Source: a virus. From it: a DNA stretch of 64,000 bases. Below the pieces are notes generated by a model. The model saw only the letters and a program-made list of their open reading frames with translations, was not told the DNA's origin and ran no database searches. Of this stretch, positions 63,677 to 64,000 are shown piece after piece (the first letter of the stretch is position 1; every line of letters starts with the position of its first letter). Location of the stretch: the IMG/VR virus record IMGVR_UViG_3300046468_002660; one strand, given 5' to 3'. Both the position numbers and the translations under genes were made by a program.

Positions 63677-63862
63677 ATGGAAACATTAAAAGACTTACTT
63701 AACAGAATTAACGAACTTCAGGAAATCATCGACAGGGAGACCCCTGACGCAGACGCAGGATGCGATTGGTCAAAGTCTCTCGTTATTAACGCTGAGGTAG
63801 AAAAGGATCAAGTCCAAGACATGATCGACAAATTAGCTATTAACTCTCAACTTGTTTATTAA
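63677..63862 (+). CDS. Hypothetical protein
   Basis: Leaderless after TTGCAA-17-TACTTT. Confidence 0.55.
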   Translation: METLKDLLNRINELQEIIDRETPDADAGCDWSKSLVINAEVEKDQVQDMIDKLAINSQLVY

Positions 63863-63864
63863 TT

Positions 63865-64000
63865 ATGGATACTTACAACGGCTGGAAAAACTGGGCGACC
63901 TGGAATGTTGCTCTTTGGTTAGGGAATGACGAATATCTTTACAAACTTTCTCGTAGATTTGTTCATTACAAAGATCTTGCAAATACGCTAATAGAAATGG
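63865..64000 (+). CDS. Conserved phage protein, truncated by the window edge
   Basis: YNGWKNWATWNVALWLGND motif. Confidence 0.6.
   Translation, partial: MDTYNGWKNWATWNVALWLGNDEYLYKLSRRFVHYKDLANTLIEM

Overview
AT-rich 64-kb segment of a large tailed bacteriophage genome. Evidence: rIIA/rIIB, a phage ECF-like sigma factor, RuvB, UvsE, two tRNAs, dense sigma70-type promoters and dozens of tiny orphan ORFs. No virion structural genes or rRNA are in the window. The left third (about 0.1-19.6 kb) is a surface/glycan-modification island. It carries a phosphonate pathway (cytidylyltransferase-PEP mutase fusion, split phosphonopyruvate decarboxylase, Fe-ADH), a pyrophosphatase, many glycosyl- and methyltransferases, a WbpB/E/D-like amino-sugar trio and a LicD-family transferase. 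The middle holds nucleases, the sigma factor, thioredoxin, tRNA-Thr and a minus-strand block (RuvB, AdoMet decarboxylase, ATE/Bpt-like aminoacyl-transferase, QueF-like protein lacking the catalytic Cys). The right half is an early/host-takeover-type region of small genes, most apparently leaderless (start codon 6-7 nt after the -10 box). It also contains a candidate ~270-nt structured ncRNA and six copies of a 72-bp double-palindrome element sitting at a fixed distance upstream of promoters. All family assignments come from motif recognition by eye; no database searches were run.
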